From positions 124,001-188,000 of the forward strand of contig JBEWZL010000243.1 in assembly GCA_045837725.1 (NCBI GenBank): a DNA stretch of 64,000 nt, in the 5' to 3' direction. Both the position numbers and the translations under genes were made by a program. The stretch is from Vermamoeba vermiformis. Its lineage: Eukaryota. How positions within the stretch are numbered: position 1 is the first letter of the stretch; each line of letters begins with the position of its first letter. Positions 22,880 to 36,406 of the stretch are shown in pieces. Below the pieces are notes generated by a model. The model did not search any database. It saw nothing but the letters and a program-made list of their open reading frames with translations, and was not told the DNA's origin.

Positions 22880-24000
22880 TTACACTTTAATGTCCCAATT
22901 GAACATTGGAGGACGCGGTACAAACGCTTCAAATTTATCGAGCAATTCAACCGGATCTGAAGCAACGATCCAAATATTCTTATCCTTGTCTGATACAAAG
23001 CCCTCGTCGGTAGCCTTCTTCACCCACTCTAAGAGCGGATCGAAATAGCCAGCAATGTTCAGCAGACCGATCGGCTTTGAGTGGATGCCGAGTTGAGACC
23101 ACGTACTGGCAAGAAAAGTGATTAGTATGGCATATTAGTACCAAAACAATAATAATCCGTATCAATATTGATCATAGGTAAATATTGTTAGCTTATTAAA
23201 GCAAATTAAGTCGCGAGTATTTTTTGAGCACATCCAGTACGCGCTACTTACATGATCTCCATTAATTCATCAAGAGTACCATATCCACCAGGAATAGCAA
23301 TGAAACCATCAGCTTCCTATTTAGCACATCAGTAATCGCACTCATTAAGAGGAGTACGAATCCACAATAAGTACCTTGTACATCATGAACTTTCGATCGT
23401 GCATTGAATCGACGATAATACTCTGTAAACAATACTCATTAGTCATATGAATAGCGTAATTGATTGCCTTCGGTTGATTGCGCATCTAATCTGTTGAAGA
23501 GACGCGGGATCGAGGTCTTTTTTTGTGACGATGTAACTAATAGATATGATTACCTTGCCTCCAGTCATGACACCTGATACTTCACGAGGAGCTAATGATT
23601 TAGGAATGATGCCCAACACATCACCACCGCCTGCAAAATGAGATCCAGATCAGAACAGTTCAAAAAATATTCTAATAATTTTAAAATATAGAATAATATA
23701 TTTTTTAAATTATAGTATTATTATTGACTCGATAGATGAACGCATAAAATTAAAATTATTCATTGCAAATTTAAGCACAGAATCTGGTCGTTGTTTACCT
23801 TCAACAATGCTCGAGCTAACGACGCCCATCAACCCAATATTGCCACCACCATAAACTAAGCCGATCTTGCGTTTCAACATTTCAGCGGCCAAAGCCTTCG
23901 TGCCCTCAACGTATTCAGGACGATTTCCAGTCTTAGATCCGCAGAAGACGCACACGCTCTTCATAGCGTACTTAGTGTTAGTACTCGTTGTGTCGCTCAT
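22880..24000 (-). CDS. LOG: LONELY GUY family nucleoside-monophosphate phosphoribohydrolase
   Basis: SVCVFCGS, LVYGGGNIGLMG, MHDRK, IAIPGGYGTLDELMEI.TWSQLGIHSKPIGLLN.AGYFDPL (PGGxGTxxE motif). ATG 24000, stop 22880. Confidence 0.93.
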
Positions 24001-24044
24001 TGTGGCTGTCAATTGAATTAACTTGGATCGCACCAAAACAACAT

Positions 24045-25370
24045 TTATTGCATAAGGCGAATGGGAAGAGAGAAGAGGAGGGAAAAGGGAAGGAGGAGGG
24101 GAGAGGGGGGGGGGGGGGAGGGCACAAAGATTACATATTCGTCCTCCAGGTTAGTAATTATAGATACAAGCTCTTTCGGGTAAGACTTTAAAAATAAGTG
24201 TCGTTCCGACTTGTTTTCCACTCGCGCAAGACTGGCAGAGAAGATAATTCGGATCTGGTCTTTGAGATCGCACCACCACTCATCTTCTAATGCCAGTTTG
24301 TAGACCTCTTCGAAAGGTACTATCGATAAGCACTTACCAGCAGCGTCGAGCATTGTTTCTATCTCCAATGAGTCGCGTGGCATTAGAGCCCATTTGCCGA
24401 GACACACAAGGTGATGAAATTCCGCGTTAAGCAGTTCGCCTTTTGAACTCAAAAAACACGTTGTTGCCTTGTCCCACAACAGTCTAGCGTAAGAGCCTGG
24501 TCTGAACTGGTTCTCAGGTGAAGTTACAACAAATTGGGACCTTTCAGTCTCAGTTGGTAGAACGGTCATACTATTGACATCAATAAATCCGAGCTTGTGA
24601 CCTTTCTCTTTCTCGTTTTGGGTAAGAGCGATTTCTGGTCTCAAGCGTTTAGTGCAATGAAACCGCCATGCTGTTTGCTTACCTGATCCATCTCGTCTCG
24701 CAAAATCCTTTGGTGAGCCGCGGTCATTAACTAACCTTGCGAGCTCTGCATAAAGAACTCCCTTCATGATTTTGACGTCTGGGAAGAAATCCACGGAAGA
24801 TAGGTGTTGGAGAGCGTGCTTCAAGACTATAACGCTGTAAGTGCCTTGATAGAGATTAGATAAGACCATTTGTGAGCGTCCATATCGCACCCAATAGACG
24901 GTATTGTTCCGCTCTGCCACAGCCGTACAGTAAAGCACTTTTGAAATTTCTTTCATCCACGCCACTCGCGCGTGCAATGAATAGCCGTCATCTTTGCTGA
25001 ACATGCAAACAAATTGCGAGTAAAGTATTGTCACTGCATCGCGTAGCTCTCTGGAGAGTAACATCGAGTTCTGGAGCACGTGACAAAATAAGGCAATAAT
25101 CGCCTCCACAACTTCCTGTTTGGGTAACGTGTTCATTCGCAGTTGTTGTTTAAGTACTTCTGAGCCGTAAATGCAAGCATTCATCCAATATTGATGTGAG
25201 TGGACCGACAGTTTGATTTGCATATCAATTTGGCTGTTTTCTAATTCTTTCAGAAATCTCGTCAATTGTTCTATTTCCTCCGAGGTTTGGTCCAGCTAAG
25301 CCGTTTTGTCCATTAGCTCCGCAATTAAACTCCTTGCAATATTTACCGCCTCTTCTTGTGAGTCATTCAT
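24045..25370 (-). CDS. Intronless ORF of unknown (helical, possibly TPR-like) protein with an in-frame TAG near the 5' end
   Basis: 406-aa open frame 25265-24045. The upstream in-frame ATG at 25370 (MNDSQEEAVNIARSLIAELMDKTA) is followed by TAG at 25298-25296. The 3' end runs into a G/A-rich low-complexity tract. Confidence 0.5.
24059..24123. repeat. Purine-rich tract with a 14-nt G run (G-quadruplex-prone)
   Basis: gaatgggaagagagaagaggagggaaaagggaaggaggaggggagaggggggggggggggagggc, in an otherwise AT-rich context. Confidence 0.85.
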
Positions 25371-25467
25371 ATTGTTGCATTCATGCGCGTTGAAAGTGGT
25401 TAACTAAATCCAAAAAAATTCCTTTGGTTTATTTGCAGCTTAACCTAGACTCCAAATGTGAATCGAT

Positions 25468-26382
25468 TTATTCCAAATAACCACGTTTTTTGAGCTCGTT
25501 AATCAACTCATCGACTAATTCGGGGAATTCGTCGTCGAGGAAATGACCTCTGTTCGGTAACTCGTGGTAGATCGGCTGCAAGTTCTTCGCGACCTCGCTA
25601 GTACGAATAATTTAGTATTATAATCGAAAATTGACCAAATTATCTGATATTTAATAGGCAGTACTCAAGTTCAAGCAAAATTTACGTACCGGCCTTCAGC
25701 GATCGGAACTAAATGGTCGCTCGGTGAGCTGAATTGCATAATAAACTCTGCGTTGGATTTCATTTTATCCCATTGCCACGGTCTATTGTAGTAACCGCTA
25801 GCACGCTCTCCTTCCTACCGAATAAAAGAGTCAAATCTGGATCACCGCGAAAAAACAACGTTATTCTCTTATTGAAACAAATATATAATTCCGTAACGAC
25901 AATATTGAAATCTTAATTAAAAAGATGACTTACGTCTCCCAAATCCGTTACACAGGGCGAAACTAAAACCGCGCCAATTACTTTTTCGGTTTCTAACAGC
26001 CTAACAAACGATGGAACACATTATTATTATGCCTGTATATATTTACACGAGTATTTGTACCTCATAGTGGCTTCAGCTCCCGAACTGTGACCAACTAAGA
26101 CTGTATTTTCATCACATCCAAGATCTTTCTTGATAAATGGAAGCCAAATAGATTCTTTCGCGCCATATGGATCAGGCATATTTTTCATTACAATAGGAAT
26201 ATTTGTACGTTTTTTCAGCTCTGAGTAAGCATATCCGTAAAAATTACCATCAAATATCTATTTTAATTCATTAACAATTAGCCATTAATATTTATATTAA
26301 TAATACTCATTAATATATCTTTACTTACGTCGCCTCCGCCATTGCCAGGCAATATAATAATTTTAGATATTTTTTTGCTCAT
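25468..26382 (-). CDS. RBBP9/YdeN-family serine hydrolase
   Basis: IIILPGNGGGD, NMPDP..AKESIWLPF..LGCDENTVLVGHSSGA, ERASGYYNRPWQW, S..DHLVP, RGHF (Ser-Asp-His triad). Confidence 0.92.
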
Positions 26383-26729
26383 GATCAACTTTCGCAACAG
26401 TTTTGTTGTTGTTGTAATCAAAGATTTGTTGCTAATATGCTTCGTACTAGATAATATTGCTATTTGCAATGCCTTAAACACGTTCAGCGGTCAATATTTC
26501 GTCAGCAGGAAATGTCACGTGGGCACATCCAATTCATCAGCAAGTTTCTCTGCAAATCACCCTGGTTTTCATCTTAATCGGTCCATTGCAATGTAACAAA
26601 CCTTGCCGTGCTAATTAAATCAAAGGTAAACCATAAGAACACTTCAAAATTGACTTAGATCCGATCGTGTACTGGCCGCACTGAAAATTTTTCTTATAAA
26701 TTCGTTAACACAGAATAGACCACGTATCA

Positions 26730-29700
26730 ATGGAATACGATCCATATATTGTACTACCAGAAGAGGTAGCATCGTCCGTCATATATTATAAAGAGAAAGA
26801 AGAGGATTTTGAAGCGCATCTGAAGCACGTAAGAAACTGTGGCTTAGTTTCGAAGATCTGGAGCTTCTGCATCGCAAAATATGGCTTGATATTGGCACGT
26901 AATGAATTCTCGGCTTCTAATTACGTGACTGCTCGTCATTATGTTGCGCTCTCATGTAATTTGAATGTGGATGCGAGTTCACCTGCAAGTATTTATTTCG
27001 AGGTCAGTATAAGAAATTATATAGTGCCATATTTGACATTAATCTTCTAAATTTTAGTTCTCTCTATTTGTTTATCGGCAAATAAATAATTCAAGAAGAG
27101 GATGTGAGGCCGGATTCATTGAAGAATCGCTCAACAAGGACTCAGACGAGAAGAGCAAGGCACTATTAGACATCGTTAGGCACTGTCTTAGATACAGCTG
27201 CCCTCAAGAACGTTCTACTTATTTTGAGCCTCCCTCATCTCCAAAGAGAAGTGCACTCGTTCAAAGATCGTTGGATACGAATAAGGTACGTGGATATAAT
27301 TATATCGTATATTAATTACATATTAATAGCTTTTTGCAACACCATTGATTCCACTGCCTGTTGAGCCGAGATCTTTGACGCTGCGAACAATAGAACAAAT
27401 ACTCAGCTTGGTAAGCTTGAAAATATATTACATAATAATAGGCTATATGTCAAAAGATCGTTATTAATGCATATTATATAGCTTGAAGTCAAGGACTTTG
27501 ATATCAAAAAACTGCTGAAAATGATTTGCGAATTTGCTGCTCAAGGTCCAGCGGAGGTAAATATTTATCATTAGCTCGCTATATTATATACCCATTACTA
27601 TATCACAATACAAGTTACATTAACAATATTTTTTAGAGGAAATATTTGGCCTCCCGCTACATTATCCCTCGTTTAGTGAATCTGCACTTGGGACACTCGA
27701 ACAACCCCATGAGACACGTGAGTATACCTCGAATATACTTTCAATATCATAGGCATTGCTAACACACCATTCTTAGCCCGACACAGACAGCGATGACTAC
27801 ACGCAACAGATCACAACGAAGCACCAATTAGCGGTCGTGTTTCTGATTGGCTCCAAGCTCGACAAATCATACGCGAGGACTGTGAGTTCAGAAGACCAGA
27901 ACGAAGTGCGCGACAAGATGGAGTGCGAGCCTAGTGCTGGTAGCGTTGCTTGGAATGCGTTGTACAACGAGAACAACACGAGTCAACACCACGCTGTTGA
28001 AGATGACGGCAGTGACGAAGTTATTCCGACCACGCAGCTGGATTTGGACATGTTGTTTCATCAGGTACGCATCACTAAGTTTTAATTACGATGTCGTGTT
28101 ATGCATCTGGATCCTCCATTCATCATACGATTTATCCTAAGACACGAATAATACCATAATTACATATATATGGTTGTGTGTTATTATCTAATAATAGTTC
28201 ATATAGAACTTTATCAAAGACGTGATTCTGTTCAGTACAGACATTGCAAAAAATATCTTACCGTTGATCAAAGACTTCATACACCACTGGTCCTATCAAA
28301 ACGAGACTAAACTACCGTTTTTCAACGAACTATTCACTGGTCTATTCAAATCACCGCACAGAAAGGCCTCTCTGATTTTGAATCTGCTCGCGAGTTACAC
28401 CGAGATCCAAGATGACTTTACAGAGTCAAGAGTTGAATTTGCGACGAACTTGCTTTTAAAACATGCACTCGATATAATGGATTCGATAGAAGCACCACTA
28501 TGTGCAGAATTGATTCGAACATTGAACCAGACACATCCGCGTGCATCTGCCGTGTTGTTGGAACGACGTAATGACTGGCTCGTTAAATTCTACACGGCCC
28601 CAAAACAAACCGTAAGTTCCTATATACATCTATATGATTTTTGTACGTGACTTATTTGTATGATTCGTAAAGGAACTAGCAAAATTCGCTGAAGAGATTA
28701 TGACAGATCTGCTCTGGTCCCAGACGGACAAACAACCAGTCTCATTGCTCATTGAAACATTGCTATCAACATTTGAAGAGAAGCCAATCGAAATCATATG
28801 CCGTACGAATCTGAGCAATGTGTTTAATGCCATTGAATTTTTGAGCCTGCAACTTGAGAACAAAGAATTGGTACGTAATAATCACTAAGCTAAGTGCTAT
28901 TAATATTATATATATACCCCGACAGTCACTACATACTTATACTATTGTGACGTTTAACCGTGTTCTGACGACTGTTATATTTAGTTGGTAAATGCCCTGC
29001 CCACGTTCATGAACGTCATGTTCGCGTGCAACAAGCTGAAGTTGCGCGAAGACAATAACAACATTGCTACATTGACCTTCTTGAAGGCCTTAATGACACA
29101 CGACATTGGTGGCATTGATATTATGACACACGTGACCGAGCAAACTACGTTCAAGCAGCTTTTGGAGTGGTACCACGAAGAGCTTGTAAAGATTGATGGC
29201 GAATACCATTGCGAGTTCTACACGTTCAATCATCTCTCGCTCTATTACAGCGTGATCCAGCAGTGTTGCGAGTTCAATCCGGAGTGCTTGAAGTTAGCGG
29301 CAACGAACGAGGCCTTCATTAACGTCATATTAAGTCACGTAGTATTCGCTCCGATATATTTAGCTGATTGCGTCAATTTGGTTAGCGAGTAAGTGATTTC
29401 CAGGGCCTATTTCCCAGAGGTCAATTTACATTTTTGCTTATTTTAGACTGATTTGATTTTAAATTCAATTTTAGGCAGCATAATCAAATTATTTAATATT
29501 GCTGGTAGGATTAATTTTGCGCGTATCTTGTTAAAATTAATCTCGACAAGGGATTTTGTCTTTGATCTTACGCCGCATCTAACGTGATTCGTTTTAGATT
29601 ACTAGAGCAGGCAGTTAGAAGTGAATATAAGCCAAATCTAGAACTGTTCTACTCGCACTTTAACAACGCATTAGTACAAGCGACGATTAAGAACGAATTT

Positions 29701-31023
29701 CTTGTAGCGAACTTTGAATGGATCGTAAGGTACGGATCTAGCTTTAGTAGAACGTAACAAGTGTACCTCATCGATATATATGACATTAATCGTATTGTAT
29801 TGCTTAGACTGTTGGATGAATCATTACAATATCCCACGCTACGCGAAAACTTTGTTGGATCCGCTGAGAGACCTCGTGCTCCTGGCTTGAAATGTCTAGC
29901 AAGGTAAGTCTATTGCTATATAACGCTGCCTACTCATATTAAAACGACCGTGGCATTACCACGAGGCTGGTTCGGATCCTGCTCGAAATTTTGGCATTTC
30001 GTACCGGTTCGTGGCTTATTGTTTCGGCCTATTATCTTGCTACTATTTAACATAATATTTAATTGCTTAATGGCAAATCTTTTTTTCGTACTCCGAGCTC
30101 GGAGGCAATTAAATTGAAAGATTCTCGGCGGATCCAACAATTAAAAATTAGCTGTAGTAGATCCAAGCGCGATAATTTCATTGCGAAGCGATAAATTATG
30201 TTATTCGCAATGAATTTGCACGCAGATTTACTTCCAATTATGGATATAATTATTTACTCGCGACTTTGCAATGGCTGGTGCAGATTGCGACAGATTTGCC
30301 TTGACAAAAACAGCTCTTGACCTGTCATTCCTACACCTAGCATATTAATATAATACCGATATTTTAGGCTCGTTCAGAAAGCAACAGAGATAGATCCGTT
30401 CGGCATCTACAACTTTGACGCAACAAAACTGGTTTGGCGACTGTACGAGCTTATTAACGACGTAGTGCAAGATACACTGGCATATAGTACCTCTAAAGAG
30501 CTTATATGGACCCATCTGCATATTGAGGAACAAGACAAGGGAACAGCTGATGATTTGGTAAGCAAAATTAGACACATCCGGAGCGAGCGGAGCAACACTC
30601 GCGGAACATTAATAATTTTTATTCTAATCAAAGTGTACGTCTAAAATTGAGAAAGATACTTCCGTTGCATTTTCTGATATTAATGCCCAGATGCGATCTT
30701 CGAAGATCTTTTTCAATTTCGCTGTCGCTGACAGATTAATTCACTTGACTTTCATTCTTACAATACCGAGCATATAAATATATAATATTAACACATTATA
30801 GCTCAAAGCGGTGATCACAATCAACGAAAGGCTTTTGCCGCCTGAATCTACCGCATTCAACCTCGGCACAAAGCTCATCGATGCGATTAACTATGAGAAA
30901 GACTTCATTAATAAGAAGAATCAAGTAACAGATGACGCACCTTCAGTCAACGTTCCCGAACCAAATCCCGTTCAACCAACAACCGCATCTGACGCAGAAG
31001 GAAGCAGATGCACTTTGAGCTAG
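26730..31023 (+). CDS. F-box protein with long helical (USP9/24/34 C-terminal-like) region and C-terminal CaaX
   Basis: N-terminal DPYIVLPEEVASSVI..NCGLVSKIW F-box; many helical exons including EFAAQGPAE.KYL..IIPRLVNLHLG and NHLSLYYSVIQQCCE; ends RCTLS-stop. Confidence 0.68.
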
Positions 31024-31174
31024 ATAATAAGGGAGTGTTAGCACACCTCAATAAAAGGTATAATATATTATATATTGGTACTCTTGGTAATTATGGCGCA
31101 TTTTTGCGGATTCTTCTTGGGAGTTTTGGCCCGCGCCTTAACAGTACTTTATTGTGCACCTCACGACCAAATAC

Positions 31175-32614
31175 ATGAGCGTTTATATTCTCCTTTCCGA
31201 ATATAATTAACATATATAGTGCACAACAAGCCTGCATTGAGGACCTAAAATCAGATGAGCTTTTCGTAAGTACCTTTTGTACTATAAAATAGCGTTATAA
31301 TAATAATGCTATTTGTAGTTCTATTACCACCACTAAATTCGAAGAGAAGATTTTCAATAAAGAGCTATTAAACAAAAATGGAATCCGCTACACGACTTTG
31401 TTCGACAAAAATGATGTAGAAGCACTCGTGAAAGAACCAAGCACCTTGCAAGCACTATTAATGGACCTAGTTGAAGCGAATCTAGCGGATGTTGTTCAAT
31501 TAACGCAGGAAGAGGTAAGTAAAATTCCTTGGAAAGAATCTGACCTGATCCAGTACGCAGATCAAATTTCTCGATTACAGAGATGGAGATTGCAACTATA
31601 TATTAGGCCAGCAATTTAAAGACCATTTGGAGGCTATTCCGAAAGACGACGAAGGCGAGTGGATCGCAGAATGCCATAACGTGTTGTCGCATTTATTCAT
31701 ACACTTTGATACGTGGCGAGCCAAATCCGTCATGTAAGTTTAACAATCTATATACTTGCCAGTTAATAATGGCTGTTGCTTCAGTTCTGCTGCAATTAAT
31801 AAGGGCGTCAAAATCGATCGAATTTTTGGATTCGATTTTGTTAATGACTTCGATGCCTCCCTGGTATGTAAATACTGCATAATATAGTACTGTTACTTAA
31901 TTTTAACCTCATTTCAAAGTTTTTTGAGCCGTGGTACAACACTGGCATTCGTTGGCCCTTTTTGCTCGTTGAAAGCAAGCCGCAGATCTACGCCAAAGAG
32001 ATTGGCGACACGTAAGTCCGCATATGATAGTACGATGCAACATATACTCAAGTAGTTGAATAGTTGGAAGATGGCAATTATTCAGGCGTTTGGGGCAGAA
32101 CAGCAGATTCAGGTCCTCAATGAACTGAAAATTCCTTTAGACGGCGGTTACTACTTTAATGTACATGTGCCGCTAACATTTGGCGTGTATTACGTTGGAA
32201 GAATTGTCCGAATTAGTGTTTACACCTTTGTAAATGACCAAATCCATTTTTTCAGAATTCCTGAGCTGGATCTCAAAACGAAGGCAGCAAACGTTTTGAA
32301 GATGTTCGCCATAATTAAGGTACTACCTTATATGCTTGCTAATATTATTATTATAAGATTGACTGATCAATTTTTTTCTGTTTAGCGGTGGGCGAATCAG
32401 ATGCACGAGAGTGTTCTTCAAGCCTTCGATGAAAACCATTGGTACACAGCGTCATTTGATAGTTCAGCTAATACTAAAAACGAATACGATAATAGTAATC
32501 ATAACGAGCAGGCTGAACAAAAACAGATTCAGATCTGATCCCAACTCGTTCGATTTGGCGATCAACAGTAGCACCGAGGCCTTGAAATGGAATCACGATT
32601 GGTCGCGTATGTAA
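31175..32614 (+). CDS. Hypothetical multi-exon protein
   Basis: A series of GT-AG-bounded coding-like exons (e.g. FDKNDVEALVKEPSTLQALL, FFEPWYNTGIRWPF). No family recognised and the ends are uncertain. Confidence 0.5.
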
Positions 32615-33829
32615 TTTAAAATGAATTAGTTTCAGTGCGATATTAAAAGAACGTTCTTATGCTCGTAAAAACTGAAATTACAAATGTTTTACACCGCAAC
32701 TGACACAAATTCACAGCGCTTTTACAGCGCATTTTAAGAGCGAAATTAACGACGTGATCGTCCATTTACATGACATACATGATGCTTTAATAGTTAATAG
32801 GCCTTAAGCGACATAAGGCGAAAAGTCTCGCTAAGTGTCAATTAAAATTTATTTCACCCCCGATCTATTTCCGCCGGCGTAACAACAAATGTCTGCGGTC
32901 ATAAAGACACCATACCAATTCATACAGTGCACTACTTCTCGTAATATCTTTTTGCAACAGTTGCTCGCGTTGCAAATGTCTAGACGAAAAACGTGTCCCG
33001 TCCGTTTGTCACGATGACACTTCTGGATGCGCTCCCTAACTGTCTGCGCCACGACATCGGAAACAGCCGAATAAGAGTCCTAAGGGGTGTAGATAGCGGG
33101 GTAACATGATTATGAGGCTTGTCGCGTTCAGCAGATCCAGTTGAGGACTGTACGGGATATTCTTTAGGAGCACAAAATTTAGCTAAAATTGACCTTGTAT
33201 TAATATTGCAACACTTAAAGGACTGGCTCATAAGCAATGAGATTACATATTAATGTCCGAACTCTCGACAAGTCTTTTTCGTTGTCGCTTGAAGACTTTT
33301 CTAGCTTCAAATATAGCGCACGTCATATATCCCCGAGGATGTATACGCAGTTCTTCCGGTACTGAAACAGTGATCGCGTTGCACAATGCCTATATGCCGT
33401 CGAGCTCAGTCTAGTTTCCGAAACCAAACCTCTATCGTATGCCTTAGTAGCGCAGTAAGGTCAAGCAAACTAAGTGGATCCAACCCGTCAAAAACTGGTT
33501 TGGTAATTGATTAGGAACATCTATTATTATGAATGAACGGAACTAAGCTTGTCGTAGAAATTTCTGTAGTTGAGATGCACCGGAATAACACTGTGTGAAT
33601 TTGACACGTGAAAAATTAGACCTGTCAATCGAGATGTCAATGGTTGACATGGTTAAAAAATAATCGCTGCGTTCTTTGTATTTTCATTAATTTGTTGACT
33701 TATTGACCACGCGTCACGATCTTTGCCTAAAGCGTGACTTCGTGGAATTAGTCTTTGTATTTTAGAACGCGATCTGTATTTATAATTTAAACCCGGATTC
33801 ATCCTGCAACGCAATTCAATACACCCACA

Positions 33830-35832
33830 ATGCAACTTATAGTTACAGCACTATTACTGGCCACTACTTTCATCATCGCGTACTTGTACTACGCACGAAG
33901 ACCAAAGATCGCGTTGCCTCCCGGCGTTACTCTTCCACCGAGTGTTTCGCCTTTGAAACTGGCCTATGATATCTACATTAGAGGCTATTCTATCAATGAA
34001 CTCGCGGTCCAGTATCAAAAAGAGCTCAACACGCCTATTTTCAGGTTCCACGTCCCGTTCTACGGCGACATCGCGTTAGTGAGCGGCAAAGAAACGCTCA
34101 AGAAGTTCTACAGCTTAAATGGATTTTTTGGCTTCGTGCAAGTAAGTTTTATAACATCATTTAATTTATAATAATCGTTTTTTAATGCTTGTGCAACGAT
34201 CAAATCCGAAATTTCAGATCCGCAAAATTTCTCGTTTTCTGGCTTGTGTATGATTCTACTTGCCAAGATTCATCGAGTATCTTTCAATACTTGATCCTAT
34301 TTAGTGAATTATAGACTTTAATCGATATAAATAGAAAATCTTAATAGATCCCAGAGTTTTTAATCTTTATATTAATTAGAGAGGCATCTTCCCCTTCGTT
34401 GCTGATGAAGGCTACAAGCGACTCTACCGAACAAACACATTGGGCCTTGCAGTTAAGAATTTGGACAAGATGGGCCCTGTCATTGCGAAAGAAGCAAGCA
34501 ACATCTTGAACGCGCGTTGGAAGCAGGGTACCAAGAACGACTTGTTTAAGGAGGCTGAACATATGGGCTTCTATTGCCTCTTGCGGTAAGAAAAAGAATC
34601 GCTTTCACCCACGATAAAGCAATTTTCCGCGTTTATGTTGCGGATTAGAATTCAAATCCGGTTCACGAATCTTTTTCGGATAAACCTCTCCGTGAAATCA
34701 CTTTACTAATATCATACTATTCAGCGCTTTCCTCGGCAATAACATCGCTAATGAAGAAGAGATGCTGCGAGTCGTGCTTGCGCTCGATCTCGAAGAAATG
34801 ATGACCCACAACTGGTCTCGCTTATATGCGCTGTCTCCTATGGGTCGTCATGCTCAGCGCAAGGATTGGGCTCGTTTAAAGGCTCTTTTCAAGGTCATCG
34901 TTGAGAAGCGCCAAGAACAACGAACCGAGTCGAACGAATCCGAACTCAGCCACGTGCCGCTTTCCGATCCTAAGGGCGAGAACTTCTTGAACGTCCTTAT
35001 TGACTCCTATTTGAAGGACAAAACGGATGCGGATGAGTTTGCTTTGGCTATGGAGGAGATCACGTACCTGCTCTACACCCTCTTATTCGCTGGCAATACT
35101 AATAGTGCCTTCACCTTGTCTTGGATGCTATTGAACCTTCATAGCACTCCTGAGGTCAAGCAGCGCTTGTTGCCTGAAATTAGATCTGCTGTCAAAAACA
35201 TTCTCGGAGATATCTCCAGATTGCAAACCGCTAGCCATAAAGAGATCACTATGGTAAGTCTTATTTCAATCGCTACTTAAATACACTTAAACAATTGAAT
35301 TCCATTGAAATTTTCAATGCCAAATCCAATCCCAACTAAAGTTTTGCATTGCTGGCTTTGCACCTTAAACAATACTGACAGTTCAATACTATAGTTGTTC
35401 AACGCGATTCCTTTGCTCGATAAGTGCTTGAACGAGACTCTTCGCCTCGTTATGAACTCGACTTTCTCGCCGCGAAACTTCTCTCAAGATGTGGTCTTCG
35501 ACGACCAAAAAATGGCCTTGGCTAAGGATACCATTGTAGTATACAACTGGTACTCCATGAACAATACTCTTTTCGAGAATCCTTCATCGTTCAATCCCGA
35601 TCGACCAAATCTCAAAGAAGCCCTTACATTTGGCGCCGGTTATCATCGCTGCGTCGGCGAGAAGTTCGCGCAAGAACTGATTAAGCTCATCATCATCACT
35701 TTCTACGCTGAACACGATGTTGTTTGCGACAAAACAGCCGATGAGTGCAGACCTACTGGATGCACCTTTGGCGTATGCAGACCTATTCAACGTCCTAAAG
35801 CTTGGCTCGTACCCGTCACTCAAGAGAACTAA
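33830..35832 (+). CDS. Cytochrome P450 (divergent, CYP51/CYP7-clan-like)
   Basis: N-terminal TM anchor with Pro hinge, I-helix LLFAGNTNS, ETLR, FNPDR, heme loop FGAGYHRCVGEKFA. Confidence 0.93.
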
Positions 35833-36406
35833 GCCACTCCTCTGCCATTGTACACTAGACTCAGATCCAGACTCGCGTACTGGATCATTTTGTTTTTCTA
35901 GATTTTGAAATTCTGTCCTTATTTATTGCATGTAAATACTCCGCACCCTTAGCTGAAGATAGCACTTGTAAATAAAACTTATTACAACGTAACAAAATGT
36001 CAGCGACGCATGTCAGTTTGTCTTACAGTAACTAATATGGAAGTTTTGACTAATAATTTTACGGTTAGCGCAATACGAGGCAATACTGTTTCGCTTTCTA
36101 ATAGAGTACCTTCTGTAACTAAATGACTTAATAAGGCAATTACTGTAAGCCCAACTTTGTATTGATTGTGCTTGCAAACGGTGCATGCAAACAAAATTGG
36201 CCTCCTATCTTACTTTTTGTGCGCCTTTATCGCTTGTCGGATTGTGTTTCGAAATCGTAACGACTGACTGCTTTGTTCGGACTATCGGAAAAAAGCTATT
36301 TTTGATTGTTGATTAAATTTATCAATTGATTTATATATATATTAGTAGATATTAATATAGTACAAGTGCAAAACTACGGCTGATATATTCTTTTTTCGCA
36401 CTAAAT

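Noticed and set aside
32830-33450. Compositionally even, intron-free stretch with short minus-strand ORFs
   Set aside because: All frames contain stops and no family is recognisable. It might be decayed coding or foreign DNA, but that cannot be supported.
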